The position numbers were made by a program, and so were the translations under genes. A stretch of DNA of 64,000 bases from Balanoglossus misakiensis (Eukaryota > Animalia > Hemichordata): assembly GCA_040954595.2 (NCBI GenBank), contig CM082576.2, forward strand, positions 8,621,129-8,685,128. Reading direction: 5' to 3'. Position 1 is the first letter of the stretch. The number at the start of each line of letters is the position of its first letter. Below the pieces are notes generated by a model. The model had not been told where the DNA came from and did not search any database. It was given only the letters and a program-made list of their open reading frames with translations. Positions 63,893-64,000 of the stretch are shown here, in pieces.

Positions 63893-64000
63893 CGAGTTCA
63901 GAGACGTAACCACCGCCGGAAAAGGGTCTTCTCACGCCATATATCGGAAGACCGTCCAAGTCCTCGGAGGAATGATATCGCCACATGCTATCGACGGAAG
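63893..64000 (-). CDS. Polycystin-family gene exon, truncated by the window edge (SVDSMWRYHSSEDLDGLPIYGVRRPFSGGGYVSEL)
   Basis: W-x-Y...L-x-G...G...GGGY-x-x-x-L TOP-domain motif; donor G|GTAGGT at 63892, phase 1. Not in the ORF track. Confidence 0.9.

Overview
This is AT-rich, intron-containing animal genomic DNA, most consistent with an invertebrate deuterostome (hemichordate- or echinoderm-like; inference from gene content and repeat style). Almost all short ORFs in the track are spurious. Splicing by hand gives four genes. (1) A three-exon glycoprotein hormone alpha-2 gene (GPA2; + strand, 2713-5366, 129 aa). (2) A canonical 10-Cys glycoprotein hormone beta-5 gene (GPB5 copy A; - strand, 32855-28717, 134 aa), whose second exon is absent from the ORF track. 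(3) A divergent 8-Cys GPB5-like paralogue (copy B; - strand, 50719-44380, 134 aa) that has lost both Cys of the C-terminal determinant-loop disulfide. (4) The 3' seven exons of a polycystin (PKD1-like/TRPP) gene (- strand, >64000-60985) ending in an unexpected CCHC zinc-knuckle tail. A 6.9-kb array of about 79 copies of an 87-bp palindrome-rich satellite lies between GPA2 and GPB5-A. It has an internal ~3.66-kb duplication and short inverted ends. The main candidate system is the one-alpha/two-beta thyrostimulin-like hormone cluster. All calls come from manual reading; no database search was run.
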